From positions 2,241 to 66,240 of the forward strand of contig DATCDU010000011.1 in assembly GCA_036510525.1 (NCBI GenBank): a stretch of 64,000 nt of DNA, written 5' to 3'. A model generated the notes under the pieces. The model was not told the DNA's origin and searched no databases. It worked only from the letters and a program-made list of their open reading frames with translations. Positions 25,955-36,605 of the stretch are shown in pieces (position 1 is the first letter of the stretch; each line of letters opens with the position of its first letter). Position numbers and translations under genes: made by a program. Source of the DNA: Minisyncoccota bacterium. GTDB taxonomy: Bacteria; Patescibacteriota; Minisyncoccia; UBA6257; 2-01-FULL-56-20.

Positions 25955-26608
25955 ATGAGATTGCCATTCATTACGGAGTTCGATAAATCCATCACGGATA
26001 GAAAGGAGGATATTAAAAACGCTAAGGGCGTAAGATGGTGGGTGATTCTGCTTTATTTTTTATTTATTGCGGGAGCAATAATTTATGCCTTATTGGGAGT
26101 TTTAGCTCTTTTGCGTTCCGCATTCCCGACTTCTTCGTCTTCAATAAGCGTGCAAACAATGAACTTCTATAATCAAACTTCTTCATCCCCGTCCTCACTT
26201 TCTGATGCGAGTTTTTCCGAAGACATCCAATTAACTTCTTCAACACACACAACTCTTAATGAAGTTTTTAATCTTCTTCCAGTCATTCTGTATCCAGCGG
26301 GCCAACCTGTCGTCTTCCAGCCAACTCAACTCACCACAAGCACCCAAGAATCCGATGGGCTTTATCACAGCGTTCTCGAGTTGGACGTGTTAGTTGTACC
26401 AAATTTAGCAACTTCCACCCTTCAATCAGTTACTCCTCCGAACGGAGCCACGTGCGATTTGCCCTCCCTCTCTGCTTTTGGGACCATGCTGGGCGGTCAA
26501 TTCACCGGAAGGATTGATTATAGATATAAAATTAATTGTGTTTCGAATATACCATTTACAAGCACAACTTCTTTTCAGGTTGTCCATTACAATACTGTTC
26601 AAAGTTAA
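25955..26608 (+). CDS. hypothetical membrane-anchored Ser/Thr-rich protein (low-GC islet)
   Basis: N-terminal transmembrane helix WWVILLYFLFIAGAIIYALLGVLALL, then S/T-rich low-complexity sequence. AT-rich codon usage unlike its neighbours. Confidence 0.4.
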   Translation: MRLPFITEFDKSITDRKEDIKNAKGVRWWVILLYFLFIAGAIIYALLGVLALLRSAFPTSSSSISVQTMNFYNQTSSSPSSLSDASFSEDIQLTSSTHTTLNEVFNLLPVILYPAGQPVVFQPTQLTTSTQESDGLYHSVLELDVLVVPNLATSTLQSVTPPNGATCDLPSLSAFGTMLGGQFTGRIDYRYKINCVSNIPFTSTTSFQVVHYNTVQS

Positions 26609-26614
26609 TCGCGG

Positions 26615-27958
26615 GTGAATTCAAAGTCCGGGCTCCGGCTTACGGATTATCGGCCGAGGATTAATGGGCTTCTCACAATAGCGCTTCAAGAAAAAATTTT
26701 CTATACTATACAGCGTATGTCAGACACTCATCAAAACGTGCGCGCGTATTGTCCGGATTGCGGTCCGGCGGGGGTTTCGCACGCTGTTGAGCGATGGTCC
26801 GTCCGCGCGAACGCGGTCGTGGGTGTGATGGAAGCGCCACCCGCCGCGATCTGGCGCGGGATCAAGCCTCTGCTCGCAAAGGCGCGGCCGGGGCGGCTTG
26901 CGCCCGTGACGGCGCGGTTCTTCGCGGCGATCGGCTTAGGCGAGATCAAAACGCAGCCGGATGACAAAGTGAACTGGCGGACGCGGGTGCTCTGGGAAGA
27001 GGCCGAGCGCCGCGGCATCGTCATGCGTGAATTCCGGCCGTTTGGCCTGCCGCGCGAGATCTTCTATGCCACGTACGGCGCGGATACACGCGGCTTTGAC
27101 GGGCTCCCCCGCCCGCGCGCCGCGCACGAGGCGGCGCTCGACTGGATGGACGACAAGGGCGTTATTTTAAAGAAGTTTCGCAAAGCGGGCGTTCCCGTCC
27201 CACGCGGCGCAAGCGTGGCAAGCGTAAAAGCCGCAGAGAAAATATTCCATGAAATCGTCGTCAATGAAAACACCGCCGTCATCATAAAACCCTCCATCGG
27301 CTCCCGCAGCCGCCACACGTATATCCACATCACGGATGTCGAAGCCCTACGCCACGCGTTCAAAAAAGCGAAAGAGCTTTCGCCGCGCGTCGTCGTTGAA
27401 GAAGAGCTCGTGGGCTTTGTGTTCCGCATCACGCTCGTGGGCGGGAAGATCGCGGGCGTCATGCGCCGCGAACCACCGCACGTGATCGGCGACGGCAAGC
27501 ACACCATCCATCAATTGATCGTTGAAGAAAATAAAAATCCACTGCGGCACGGGCCGATCTTCCACGAGCTCCCGCTCGGCGAGGAGACGATACAAATATT
27601 GAAAGAGCAAAAACTTTCGCTCGAGTCCGTTCCTGCCGCCGGGAGAATGGTGATCATCCACCCAAAAGTGAGCCGCTCGTACGGTGCGTCAACGACGGAG
27701 ACCACCGACATCCATCCCGATAACGAAAAATTATTTTTACACATCGCCGAAGTGCTCGACGACCCGCTCGTCGGCGTGGACTTCATGATCGACGACATGG
27801 CACGCTCGTGGAAAGATCAAAAATGCGGGGTGATCGAATGTAACAGCTTGCCGTTCATCGACCTCCACCACTTTCCATTGAAAGGTCCGACAAAAAATGC
27901 CGCAGGCGCGGTGTGGGATTTAATTTTCGCCGAGAGCGGAAGCGGACGGGTCAATTGA
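26615..27958 (+). CDS. ATP-grasp domain protein resembling the N-terminal ATP-grasp module of cyanophycin synthetase (CphA-like), stand-alone
   Basis: PPHVIGDGKHTIHQLIVEENKNPLRHG, DIHPDN, GVDFMIDD and GVIECNSLPF blocks match the CphA/RimK-type ATP-grasp core from memory. No Mur-ligase-like C-terminal domain. A likely start is the internal Met at 26717 (MSDTHQNVRAYCPDCG). Confidence 0.6.
   Translation: MNSKSGLRLTDYRPRINGLLTIALQEKIFYTIQRMSDTHQNVRAYCPDCGPAGVSHAVERWSVRANAVVGVMEAPPAAIWRGIKPLLAKARPGRLAPVTARFFAAIGLGEIKTQPDDKVNWRTRVLWEEAERRGIVMREFRPFGLPREIFYATYGADTRGFDGLPRPRAAHEAALDWMDDKGVILKKFRKAGVPVPRGASVASVKAAEKIFHEIVVNENTAVIIKPSIGSRSRHTYIHITDVEALRHAFKKAKELSPRVVVEEELVGFVFRITLVGGKIAGVMRREPPHVIGDGKHTIHQLIVEENKNPLRHGPIFHELPLGEETIQILKEQKLSLESVPAAGRMVIIHPKVSRSYGASTTETTDIHPDNEKLFLHIAEVLDDPLVGVDFMIDDMARSWKDQKCGVIECNSLPFIDLHHFPLKGPTKNAAGAVWDLIFAESGSGRVN
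26637..26646. repeat. GCTTACGGAT short repeat, copy 3 of 3
   Basis: Embedded in CCGGCTTACGGATTATCGGCCG directly after the islet's second ORF. Confidence 0.5.
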
Positions 27959-28435
27959 CGCGGGCACGATCAAGTCTCCCAAAAAATTTAAAAAGTCATC
28001 GCGGCGCTCTTCCTGCCGCACTTCGTAATAGTGCCATATCGGATGACTCTCCGGCGTGTACTCATAGTGACCGCGCACCTCTCCATCGGCGAAGAGGCGG
28101 ATGTGGTATTGCCATTCAAAGTCCACCGGCCGCCGCACGCTCACGATCTCGCCGGAGTCCTTCCATGCAATAAAGTGGTTATAAAATCCCTGCTCGCCCA
28201 GATGCTTTACGAATACCTCTGCTGACTTGCCCGGCGCGAGCATTCCGAGCATGAAATCCTGCCTGCCGCTCGCATAGGGGTGGTGGATGAGCCCGGTGGA
28301 CAAAAGGATATCCCTCCCCGTGTTATGGAGGGGGTATATCATTTTCCAGAAGGCATACTTCGACCGATTATAGACCCCTTTTGGGCGCGGTAGCACCGAC
28401 TCAGGAATCCGCTCCCGTAATGCGATTTCTTGCAT
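27920..28435 (-). CDS. hypothetical protein (171 aa), convergent with and overlapping the ATP-grasp gene 3' end by 39 nt
   Basis: ORF with compositionally normal His/Tyr/Trp-rich sequence (WQYHIRLFADGEVRGHYEYTPESHPIWHYYEV). No motif recognised. Confidence 0.45.
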   Translation of the reverse strand: MQEIALRERIPESVLPRPKGVYNRSKYAFWKMIYPLHNTGRDILLSTGLIHHPYASGRQDFMLGMLAPGKSAEVFVKHLGEQGFYNHFIAWKDSGEIVSVRRPVDFEWQYHIRLFADGEVRGHYEYTPESHPIWHYYEVRQEERRDDFLNFLGDLIVPASIDPSASALGEN

Positions 28436-28587
28436 AAATTAGCGATAAATCATAGGAAAACTCTCCTAAAACCTTACCTGTCCATTATAGCATATCGGCG
28501 GGAGGCATAGTAATATCCTATTCTATTCGCTCAATACGCTTGATCGCGTTCATTGCTTTTGGGAGTAGAAAAAGCTACTCTTCGGTG

Positions 28588-29028
28588 ATGAATAAATTCA
28601 AAAAGGCGTACAGTGGCCGCACAAGCACCAGCCATACAGGCAGCGGCCGGCCAAGCTATGGCCCCGCGCGACCGCGAACGGCCGGCCATCGAGACTCCCG
28701 CAGTTTCTCTGGTAAGCGCAATGAAACTGCTAATGGTGCCTTCCAAAAGTTCGACGCGGTGTGCAGCAACTGTGGAAAACGGTGCCAAGTCCCCTTCCGC
28801 CCGGATGGCACGAAGCCGGTCTATTGCAAAGATTGCTTCGGCACGCCACGGGAGGCACTAGCGGGCAAGAAGAAATTTTCCGCAAGCGCGGGGTCGGCCT
28901 TCAGCGCTCCAGCATCTGCCGCTGGCGGCAAAAGTATCGCCGATCTCACGCGCCAGATCGCTGCTATGAACACAAAGATCGACACGATGTTGAGGCTACT
29001 CCAGGAGGGCGGCGGGGAGGAAGAATAA
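28588..29028 (+). CDS. basic Ser/Gly/Arg-rich protein with central CxxC-x15-CxxC zinc ribbon (VPFRPDGTKPVYCKDCF type)
   Basis: CSNCGKRCQVPFRPDGTKPVYCKDCF. The N-terminal half is Arg/Ser/Gly-rich (a likely nucleic-acid-binding tail). The C-terminus is Ala-rich and helical. Confidence 0.5.
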   Translation: MNKFKKAYSGRTSTSHTGSGRPSYGPARPRTAGHRDSRSFSGKRNETANGAFQKFDAVCSNCGKRCQVPFRPDGTKPVYCKDCFGTPREALAGKKKFSASAGSAFSAPASAAGGKSIADLTRQIAAMNTKIDTMLRLLQEGGGEEE

Positions 29029-29051
29029 AAGGTTTCGCAGACACTTCATAT

Positions 29052-29624
29052 ATGCAGATCACTTCGGCAAAATTCATGCGGGGCGTGAACGGCACCGACG
29101 AGCTTTTGGATGACGGCACGCCGCAGGTGGCGCTCATCGGCAGATCGAACGTTGGCAAGTCGAGCATCATCAACTCGCTCACTCGGCAGAAGGCGCTCGC
29201 GCGCACGAGCGACACTCCCGGACTCACGCAGGAGATCAATCTCTATTCCATCAATAACAAATTCTATCTGCTGGATCTTCCGGGATACGGTTTCGCAAAA
29301 GTTCCCGAGCGGATCCGCGAGAGCCTGCAGAAACTGAACTGGTGGTATCTTTTCGATTCGGAGCATGTTCAGCATCGCGCGGTGCTCGTGCTCGACGCAA
29401 ACGTCGGCCCCTCAAAGAACGACCTCGAAATGCTCTCTCTTTTACGTGAACGCGAAAAGAATATCGTCATCGTCGCGAACAAGATCGATAAGATAAAGCC
29501 CAGCGAGCACGACACCCGCTTGCAGACGATCACCGATCTTGCACACGGACTTCCCGTCATTCCCTACTCCTCAAAGACCGGCAGCGGCGTGGAAGAGTTG
29601 GTGAATCAACTTTTCGGGAGATAG
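29052..29624 (+). CDS. engB: ribosome biogenesis GTP-binding protein YihA/EngB (YsxC)
   Basis: G1 GRSNVGKSSIIN, G3 DLPGYG, G4 NKIDK. The ORF-track start at 28761 is an upstream extension in the same frame. Confidence 0.85.
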   Translation: MQITSAKFMRGVNGTDELLDDGTPQVALIGRSNVGKSSIINSLTRQKALARTSDTPGLTQEINLYSINNKFYLLDLPGYGFAKVPERIRESLQKLNWWYLFDSEHVQHRAVLVLDANVGPSKNDLEMLSLLREREKNIVIVANKIDKIKPSEHDTRLQTITDLAHGLPVIPYSSKTGSGVEELVNQLFGR

Positions 29625-29869
29625 GCGGGGCGATAGCGCGCCAATCGCAGTTTCTTTTCGCGCGGCCATGTTTTGATCTGTGCTTCGCGCTTTAACGCGG
29701 CGCTGCGCGTAGCAACGTCCTCTTCATAGAGGATTTTTTTAGGTTTGTGCGAACGCGTGTAATGGCCACCGGTGCCCGCCCGGTGTTCTTTGAATCTCCG
29801 CGCTACATCCGTCGTGATCCCGGTGTATAAGCTTTTGTCCTCGCAGAGAAGTATATAGACGTGATACAT
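29606..29869 (-). CDS. GIY-YIG nuclease family protein (UPF0213-like)
   Basis: MYHVYILLCEDKSLYTGITTDVARRFKEHRAG. Confidence 0.8.
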   Translation of the reverse strand: MYHVYILLCEDKSLYTGITTDVARRFKEHRAGTGGHYTRSHKPKKILYEEDVATRSAALKREAQIKTWPREKKLRLARYRPAYLPKS

Positions 29870-29870
29870 A

Positions 29871-31109
29871 TTATTTCATATACCGCTGCGTCGCGTAATA
29901 GCCGAACGCGGCGGCGGCCAAGCATACGATGCCGCCAAATATAAGCGGCGAGCGAGCGCCAAGGGCATCGGCAAGCCAGCCGGATAAGGGGCCACCGATC
30001 ACGGATGTGCCCGCCACGAACACCATTTGCAGGGCCAACACACGCCCGTGCATCTCCGGCTTGCCCTCTACCTGTATGATCGTGGTCGTGGAAGTCATGT
30101 AGAGAATGCTCGCCATGCCGACGAGAAATACGGCAAGCGCGGCCATCCATACGCCGGGAGAGATTGCGAGGAACAACATTGTGACGCCAAGTGCCGCGGC
30201 GCCGATAAGAATATGACGCATCGTGACCAGATTCCTATGGGCGACGATGAGCCCGCATATCACGGCGCCGAGAGCGAATGTGGAATACAAAACGGTAAAT
30301 ACGGCATCGGTGCTGTGCAGGCTGCTCGTTACGAAGAGCGGCAGGGTGACGGTAAAGTTATAGGCGAGCGTCCCGATGAGCGCGAGCATCACAAAACTGA
30401 TCCATAAAAATGGTGTGGAAAGAATGTAACGGAATCCTTCGCGGACTTCGCCCTTTCGTTCCGCACGCGGTTCGGGCGGACGGCGGAATAATTCCGCGGG
30501 GCGCATCATGATGATGCCGACGATGACGGCGATGTACGACGTGGCGTCGATCGTGAAGCACCATCCGAAGCCGAGCGTCGTTGCGAGCAGTCCCGCGAGC
30601 GCCGGCCCCACGATGCGCGATCCATTCACGACTGTGCTATAGAGCACGACCGCATTCGGAATATCTTCCGACGGCACCATCTCGGTGACGAACGACCGCC
30701 GGAACGGATTATCGAACGCGAGGAATATTCCGCCGAGGATCGCGAGCGCATAGAGCCACACAAGCGACGGATGCGGCATGAAGGCCAGCACCGCGAGCGA
30801 CGCCGACTGCGCCATCTCCAAGCTCTGGCTGATCAGCAACATCTTCCGTTTATCAAAACGGTCGGCGATCGCGCCGCCGTATGCGGATAAAAATAGTATC
30901 GGGCCGTACTGGCACGCGGCGAGCAGGCCGACGTCAAGTCCGCTACCCGTGATCTTAAGCACGAGCAAGATGAGCGCAACGTTCGTCAGCCAATTGCCGG
31001 TGTTCGAGATCAGCTGTCCGGTAAAGTACAGCCGGAAATTCCTGGTGCGCAGGGAGTAGAACGTTTTCCTGACCATCCCGCCTATTCCGTTTGGAGCAAC
31101 TCCTTCCAT
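29871..31109 (-). CDS. MFS transporter
   Basis: 412 aa with 12 predicted transmembrane helices. GAIADRFDKRKMLL-type motif A. Confidence 0.8.
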   Translation of the reverse strand: MEGVAPNGIGGMVRKTFYSLRTRNFRLYFTGQLISNTGNWLTNVALILLVLKITGSGLDVGLLAACQYGPILFLSAYGGAIADRFDKRKMLLISQSLEMAQSASLAVLAFMPHPSLVWLYALAILGGIFLAFDNPFRRSFVTEMVPSEDIPNAVVLYSTVVNGSRIVGPALAGLLATTLGFGWCFTIDATSYIAVIVGIIMMRPAELFRRPPEPRAERKGEVREGFRYILSTPFLWISFVMLALIGTLAYNFTVTLPLFVTSSLHSTDAVFTVLYSTFALGAVICGLIVAHRNLVTMRHILIGAAALGVTMLFLAISPGVWMAALAVFLVGMASILYMTSTTTIIQVEGKPEMHGRVLALQMVFVAGTSVIGGPLSGWLADALGARSPLIFGGIVCLAAAAFGYYATQRYMK

Positions 31110-31148
31110 GAGCTATATATTATAGCGTCAAGGGAACGCTCGCTCAAG

Positions 31149-31607
31149 CTATAGATAAGCTTTGAGCTTGCTGACGTACGGTTTCTTTTCCTCCTGTGTT
31201 GGCCAGTAAGTATCCTTATGGCGAAGATAGAGGTCGTCGCCTTCGTAACGCGGGAAAACATGGAGGTGGTAATGCCAAACATCCTGGTTGCCGCCGGGTT
31301 CGTTATGCTGTCGGGTGGAAACGCCATCGCATTGATATGCTTTTTTAAAAGCGATGGCTACTTTCTTTGATGCTGCAAAAATAGCATTTCCAATTTCTTC
31401 CGACAAGTCGTAGAGGTTTTCAATGTGTCGGTTCGGGATGATAATCACATGTCCAGGATTGGAGCGCCACCATTTCCCGGCGATAAAGATAGTGATCAGC
31501 TTGTCTCGATAGACAACATCCTCTTCCTGACTGCCCCGTTCGGTGGATTCGCCTCTGGCAACTTGGCAGAGAGGGCATAGATAATTTTTCGGCTCGTGAT
31601 TATACAT
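31149..31607 (-). CDS. HIT family protein (histidine triad hydrolase/transferase)
   Basis: HYHLHVFPR histidine triad. N-terminal CPLC. Confidence 0.8.
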   Translation of the reverse strand: MYNHEPKNYLCPLCQVARGESTERGSQEEDVVYRDKLITIFIAGKWWRSNPGHVIIIPNRHIENLYDLSEEIGNAIFAASKKVAIAFKKAYQCDGVSTRQHNEPGGNQDVWHYHLHVFPRYEGDDLYLRHKDTYWPTQEEKKPYVSKLKAYL

Positions 31608-31640
31608 AATGTCAGACTGAGTATATCACAAAGATTTGAG

Positions 31641-31725
31641 CGGAGAGGGAGGGATTCGAACCCTCGGTGCCTTTCGGCACACAGTCTTTCCAGGACTGCG
31701 CACTAGACCACTATGCGACCTCTCC
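31641..31725 (-). tRNA. tRNA-Ser(GGA)
   Basis: The reverse complement is GGAGAGGTCGCATAGTGGTCTAGTGCGCAGTCCTGGAAAGACTG...GGTTCGAATCCCTCCCTCTCCG. Anticodon loop cuGGAaa. Long variable arm. Discriminator G. Confidence 0.85.
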
Positions 31726-31748
31726 ATCGCGCTATTGCGCGCTCACTT

Positions 31749-32441
31749 TCACCCGATGATGGTACCTTTAAATTCTTTTCCGTTCAAGAGCGCGGCGAAG
31801 TTCGCCATGTTGCGGCCGTCGATGATGATCGCCTTCACGCCCTCGCGCGCGCCGAGCGCGGCGCCGACGGGATCGACGGGCGCGTGGAGACCCGGCGCCC
31901 ACTTGGCTGGGATCAGTTTGCGATACTCACGCCAGGTGAGTTTGTGGAACGGCACCGCGTCGGAGTACTTGGCATGATCTTTGTTATACACGTGCGCGGG
32001 CTTGCCGGCGATGATCGCCTCATGAACGCCGAAGTCCGCAGCGATGCGCATCGCGACGTAATCCGTGGACCATCCCGGGCGCCAGCCGGCGGCGATCGTG
32101 ATCGGGTATTTAAGTTTTTTTATCCTCCCGCGGATGTCGATGACCACTGGATCGGCGACGTCGCGGAAGACCGTGCGCAGCAAGTGTCCATTGAGGCGCG
32201 TGGCGTGGATGCCGATCCAGTCCTTGTCATCATCCGTCACGCGGCTCACCCGCCCGGCCGCTTCCTGAAAATTGCGCGCAAGCTTTCCGCCGCCGACCAC
32301 GAACACAAACTTCGTGCCGCGCTTCAAGAACGGTGCCAGGAATTTTTTAAAATCTTTTAAGAACTGCACATCGATCCCGTCCGGGTATACGATAGATCCT
32401 CCGAGCGCGACAACGACGGTTTTGGAAAATTTATATTTCAT
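31749..32441 (-). CDS. pyrH: amino acid kinase family protein, probable (archaeal/eukaryotic-type) UMP kinase
   Basis: VVALGGSIVYPDG...FVFVVGGGKLARNF...RVTDDDKDWIGIHATRLNG. Start set at MKYKF; the track ORF extends to 32570. Confidence 0.55.
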   Translation of the reverse strand: MKYKFSKTVVVALGGSIVYPDGIDVQFLKDFKKFLAPFLKRGTKFVFVVGGGKLARNFQEAAGRVSRVTDDDKDWIGIHATRLNGHLLRTVFRDVADPVVIDIRGRIKKLKYPITIAAGWRPGWSTDYVAMRIAADFGVHEAIIAGKPAHVYNKDHAKYSDAVPFHKLTWREYRKLIPAKWAPGLHAPVDPVGAALGAREGVKAIIIDGRNMANFAALLNGKEFKGTIIG

Positions 32442-32458
32442 AATGATGACTGAGCGGG

Positions 32459-33367
32459 CTATACCGAGATCTGCTGGAGCGCCTTGATGCGCTGCTCGAT
32501 CGGCGGATGGGTCGCAAAGAGCGTGTGCCACCACGAACTCCCCTTTCCCTTGAACGGCGTGTCGATCCACATGTGCGCGGTGGAATCCTTAGCCGTCGCC
32601 ATCGGCGTCGTGTCCACCTGGATCTTTTGCAGTGCGGAGATCAGGCCCTCCGGATAGCGCGTGAGGAGTACGCCGTCCGCGTCTGCGAGCGCTTCGCGGC
32701 GGCGCGAGATGGCAAACTGGATCAGCATCGTGCCGATGGGCGCCAGGATGGAGAGCACGATCGCGGCGATGAAGAATATTTCCTGCGCCTCGCCATTGCC
32801 GCGCCCCCGGCCGCCGCCGATCCCGCCGAAGAAAAGCGAGCGCAGGAAGACATCCGCGATGAGCGCGATGATGCCCGCGAGGATCGCGGCCACGGTAGAG
32901 ACGAGGATATCGCGGTTGCCCACGTGCGAAAGCTCGTGCGCGAGAACGCCCTGCAACTCGTCCTTATTAAGCCTTTGCAAAGCGCCCTGCGTCACCGCGA
33001 CCGCCGCGTGTTGCGGGTCGCGACCCGTCGCAAACGCGTTGATCTGCAGCTCCGGCGTGATGTACAGCTTCGGCATCGGGAGGCCGGCGGTGATCGTCAG
33101 GTTCTCCACGATGTTATAGAGCGTCGGATTATCGGCTTTCGTGATCGGCTTCGCCTTCGCGAGCGCAAGCGCGATCTTGGCGGATGAATAATAACTGATG
33201 AGCGAGTATACGACGCAAAAGATGAACGCGAAGATAAGGATGCTCGGATCAGCGTAATATACCGAGATAAAATATCCAAGCGCGAGAATGACGACGAAGA
33301 ACACTATGAACAAAAGCCATGTCCTTCGAATATTTGAAGCTTGAAGAGTGTATAAATTAACGGCCAT
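32459..33367 (-). CDS. htpX: M48 family zinc metalloprotease HtpX homolog
   Basis: HEXXH motif in AHELSHVGNRD. Multiple transmembrane helices. Confidence 0.88.
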   Translation of the reverse strand: MAVNLYTLQASNIRRTWLLFIVFFVVILALGYFISVYYADPSILIFAFIFCVVYSLISYYSSAKIALALAKAKPITKADNPTLYNIVENLTITAGLPMPKLYITPELQINAFATGRDPQHAAVAVTQGALQRLNKDELQGVLAHELSHVGNRDILVSTVAAILAGIIALIADVFLRSLFFGGIGGGRGRGNGEAQEIFFIAAIVLSILAPIGTMLIQFAISRRREALADADGVLLTRYPEGLISALQKIQVDTTPMATAKDSTAHMWIDTPFKGKGSSWWHTLFATHPPIEQRIKALQQISV

Positions 33368-33458
33368 TTCTTTTTATATGACGAACTAAATAATGATGGG
33401 GCGTATGTTTTTGGAGCAATTAATCTTCTTGCTTCAAAAACATACGCCCCATCGCTAT

Positions 33459-34010
33459 TTAGAATTTGACGGTGACCGGCTGCTTCTCCGCGTCCGTGAG
33501 ATCGTTGCCGAAGAAATCCATCTTCGTGAATCCCATCATGTTGGCGAAGATGTTCGTCGGGAAAACCTGCGTCTTCGTGTTGAAGTCGCGGACCATGCCG
33601 TTATAGAACCGGCGCGCGGCCTGGATCTTGTCTTCGGTGTCGGTCAGCTCCGCTTGTAAGCTCAAGAAATTTTGATTGGCCTTAAGGTCGGGGTAAGCCT
33701 CCGCGACGGCGAAGAGCGACTTGAGCGCACCGGAAAGCTGATTCTCGGCGGCGGCCTTCGCGTCGTTGCCGGTCGCCTGCATGGCATTGGAGCGCGCCTT
33801 TGTCACGTCCTCGAACACCGTCTTTTCATGCGCAGCATAGCCCTGCACCGTGGAGACCAGATTCGGGATCAGGTCGTAGCGGCGCTTGAGCTGGACATCG
33901 ATGTCTGAAAAGGCCTCTTGCGTGCGGTTGCGCGAGGTAACAAGGCCGTTATAGGCCAGAACGAGCCACAGCAATATAAGAACGATGACCGCAATAATGA
34001 TCCACGTCAT
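33459..34010 (-). CDS. lemA: LemA family protein
   Basis: N-terminal transmembrane helix, then LVTSRNRTQEAFSDIDVQLKRRYDLIPNLV. Sits in the conserved lemA-htpX pair. Confidence 0.85.
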   Translation of the reverse strand: MTWIIIAVIVLILLWLVLAYNGLVTSRNRTQEAFSDIDVQLKRRYDLIPNLVSTVQGYAAHEKTVFEDVTKARSNAMQATGNDAKAAAENQLSGALKSLFAVAEAYPDLKANQNFLSLQAELTDTEDKIQAARRFYNGMVRDFNTKTQVFPTNIFANMMGFTKMDFFGNDLTDAEKQPVTVKF

Positions 34011-34301
34011 GTTGAATAGTATAGCAGGTTATACGAGCAAAAACAACTATTTGTTGCGTTATTCCATAAAAAGAAAACTGCCCGGAGAAGTAGCAGTTCG
34101 GGCAGCGAAGCGAGGTGGTCACTGGAAGAGTCTGCTGGCGAATTGAAGCATGGGCGATGTCATCAGCCGGAAAACAAGGCCAACGAAAACATTTCGAGGA
34201 GGCTTCACTAGCGGGAACATCGGAACCTCAACACAGACGATCGATCGGAATGGGTGATACTGACATTATCCTACCACGCGAGGCACTCCTCGTCTTGTGG
34301 A

Positions 34302-36289
<1,988 letters not shown>

Positions 36290-36313
36290 AGCACGTTGTT
36301 ATTTTTAAAATGG

Positions 36314-36340
36314 TTAGCAATCGGGACCAGTGAGTGCCAG
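36314..36340. promoter_or_regulatory. degenerate CIRCE-like inverted repeat (HrcA operator-like) in the groES leader
   Basis: TTAGCAATC-N9-GAGTGCCAG compared with the consensus TTAGCACTC-N9-GAGTGCTAA. Lies between the promoter and the groES start. Confidence 0.4.
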
Positions 36341-36346
36341 TAGGAA

Positions 36347-36374
36347 TTATAGAGCAAAAAAGTTGAGAGTCAAG
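36347..36374 (-). promoter_or_regulatory. sigma70 promoter of groES-groEL (TTGACT, 17 nt, TATAAT)
   Basis: Minus-strand sequence is TTGACTctcaacttttttgctcTATAAT, ~55 nt upstream of the groES ATG. Confidence 0.55.
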
Positions 36375-36399
36375 AAGCGGAGAGATCTCGCGGTGCCTG

Positions 36400-36471
36400 C
36401 GGACCTGCCGGTGTTTGAATCCGGTTCTCCACTTGTCAAAGGTGTTGTTCTACCACATGAACTACAGGCCC
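36400..36471 (-). tRNA. atypical compact (72 nt, class I) tRNA-like gene; anticodon loop reads UGA with G73 discriminator
   Basis: The reverse complement is GGGCCTGTAGTTCATGTGGTAGAACAACACCTTTGACAAGTGGAGAACCGGATTCAAACACCGGCAGGTCCG. Same acceptor stem as 16654..16726. Canonical T8, A14, G18, G19, A21, U33, T54 T55 C56, A58. Weak 3-bp anticodon stem, and an A:A mismatch at positions 53:61. Confidence 0.45.
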
Positions 36472-36506
36472 ATTTCCGCAGGCAATAATAATCTAACGTA
36501 TGGGCG

Positions 36507-36523
36507 ATTAAATTCCCGTTAAA
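36507..36523 (-). promoter_or_regulatory. variant copy of the TTTAnnnnnnnnnTTTAAT promoter-like motif, 31 nt upstream of the tRNA-like 5' end
   Basis: Minus-strand sequence is TTTAACGGGAATTTAATCGCC. Collinear with copy 1: the fixed CTGTTTTC terminator tail precedes it in both. Confidence 0.35.
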
Positions 36524-36599
36524 TGAAAACAGCCACGAAGTGTGGCTGTTTTCACGACAAGTGGAGATTTCGACCGTAGTTCATACGGACAACACCCTC
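36522..36599 (-). ncRNA. candidate small RNA (~78 nt), paralog of 16775..16846
   Basis: Predicted transcript: GAGGGUGUUGUCCGUAUGAACUACGGUCGAAAUCUCCACUUGUCGUGAAAACAGCCACACUUCGUGGCUGUUUUCAUUU. The 6-bp hairpin, CGAAAUCUCC.CUUG block and perfect 11-bp terminator hairpin match the first copy. Confidence 0.4.
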
Positions 36600-36605
36600 A
36601 CAAAA

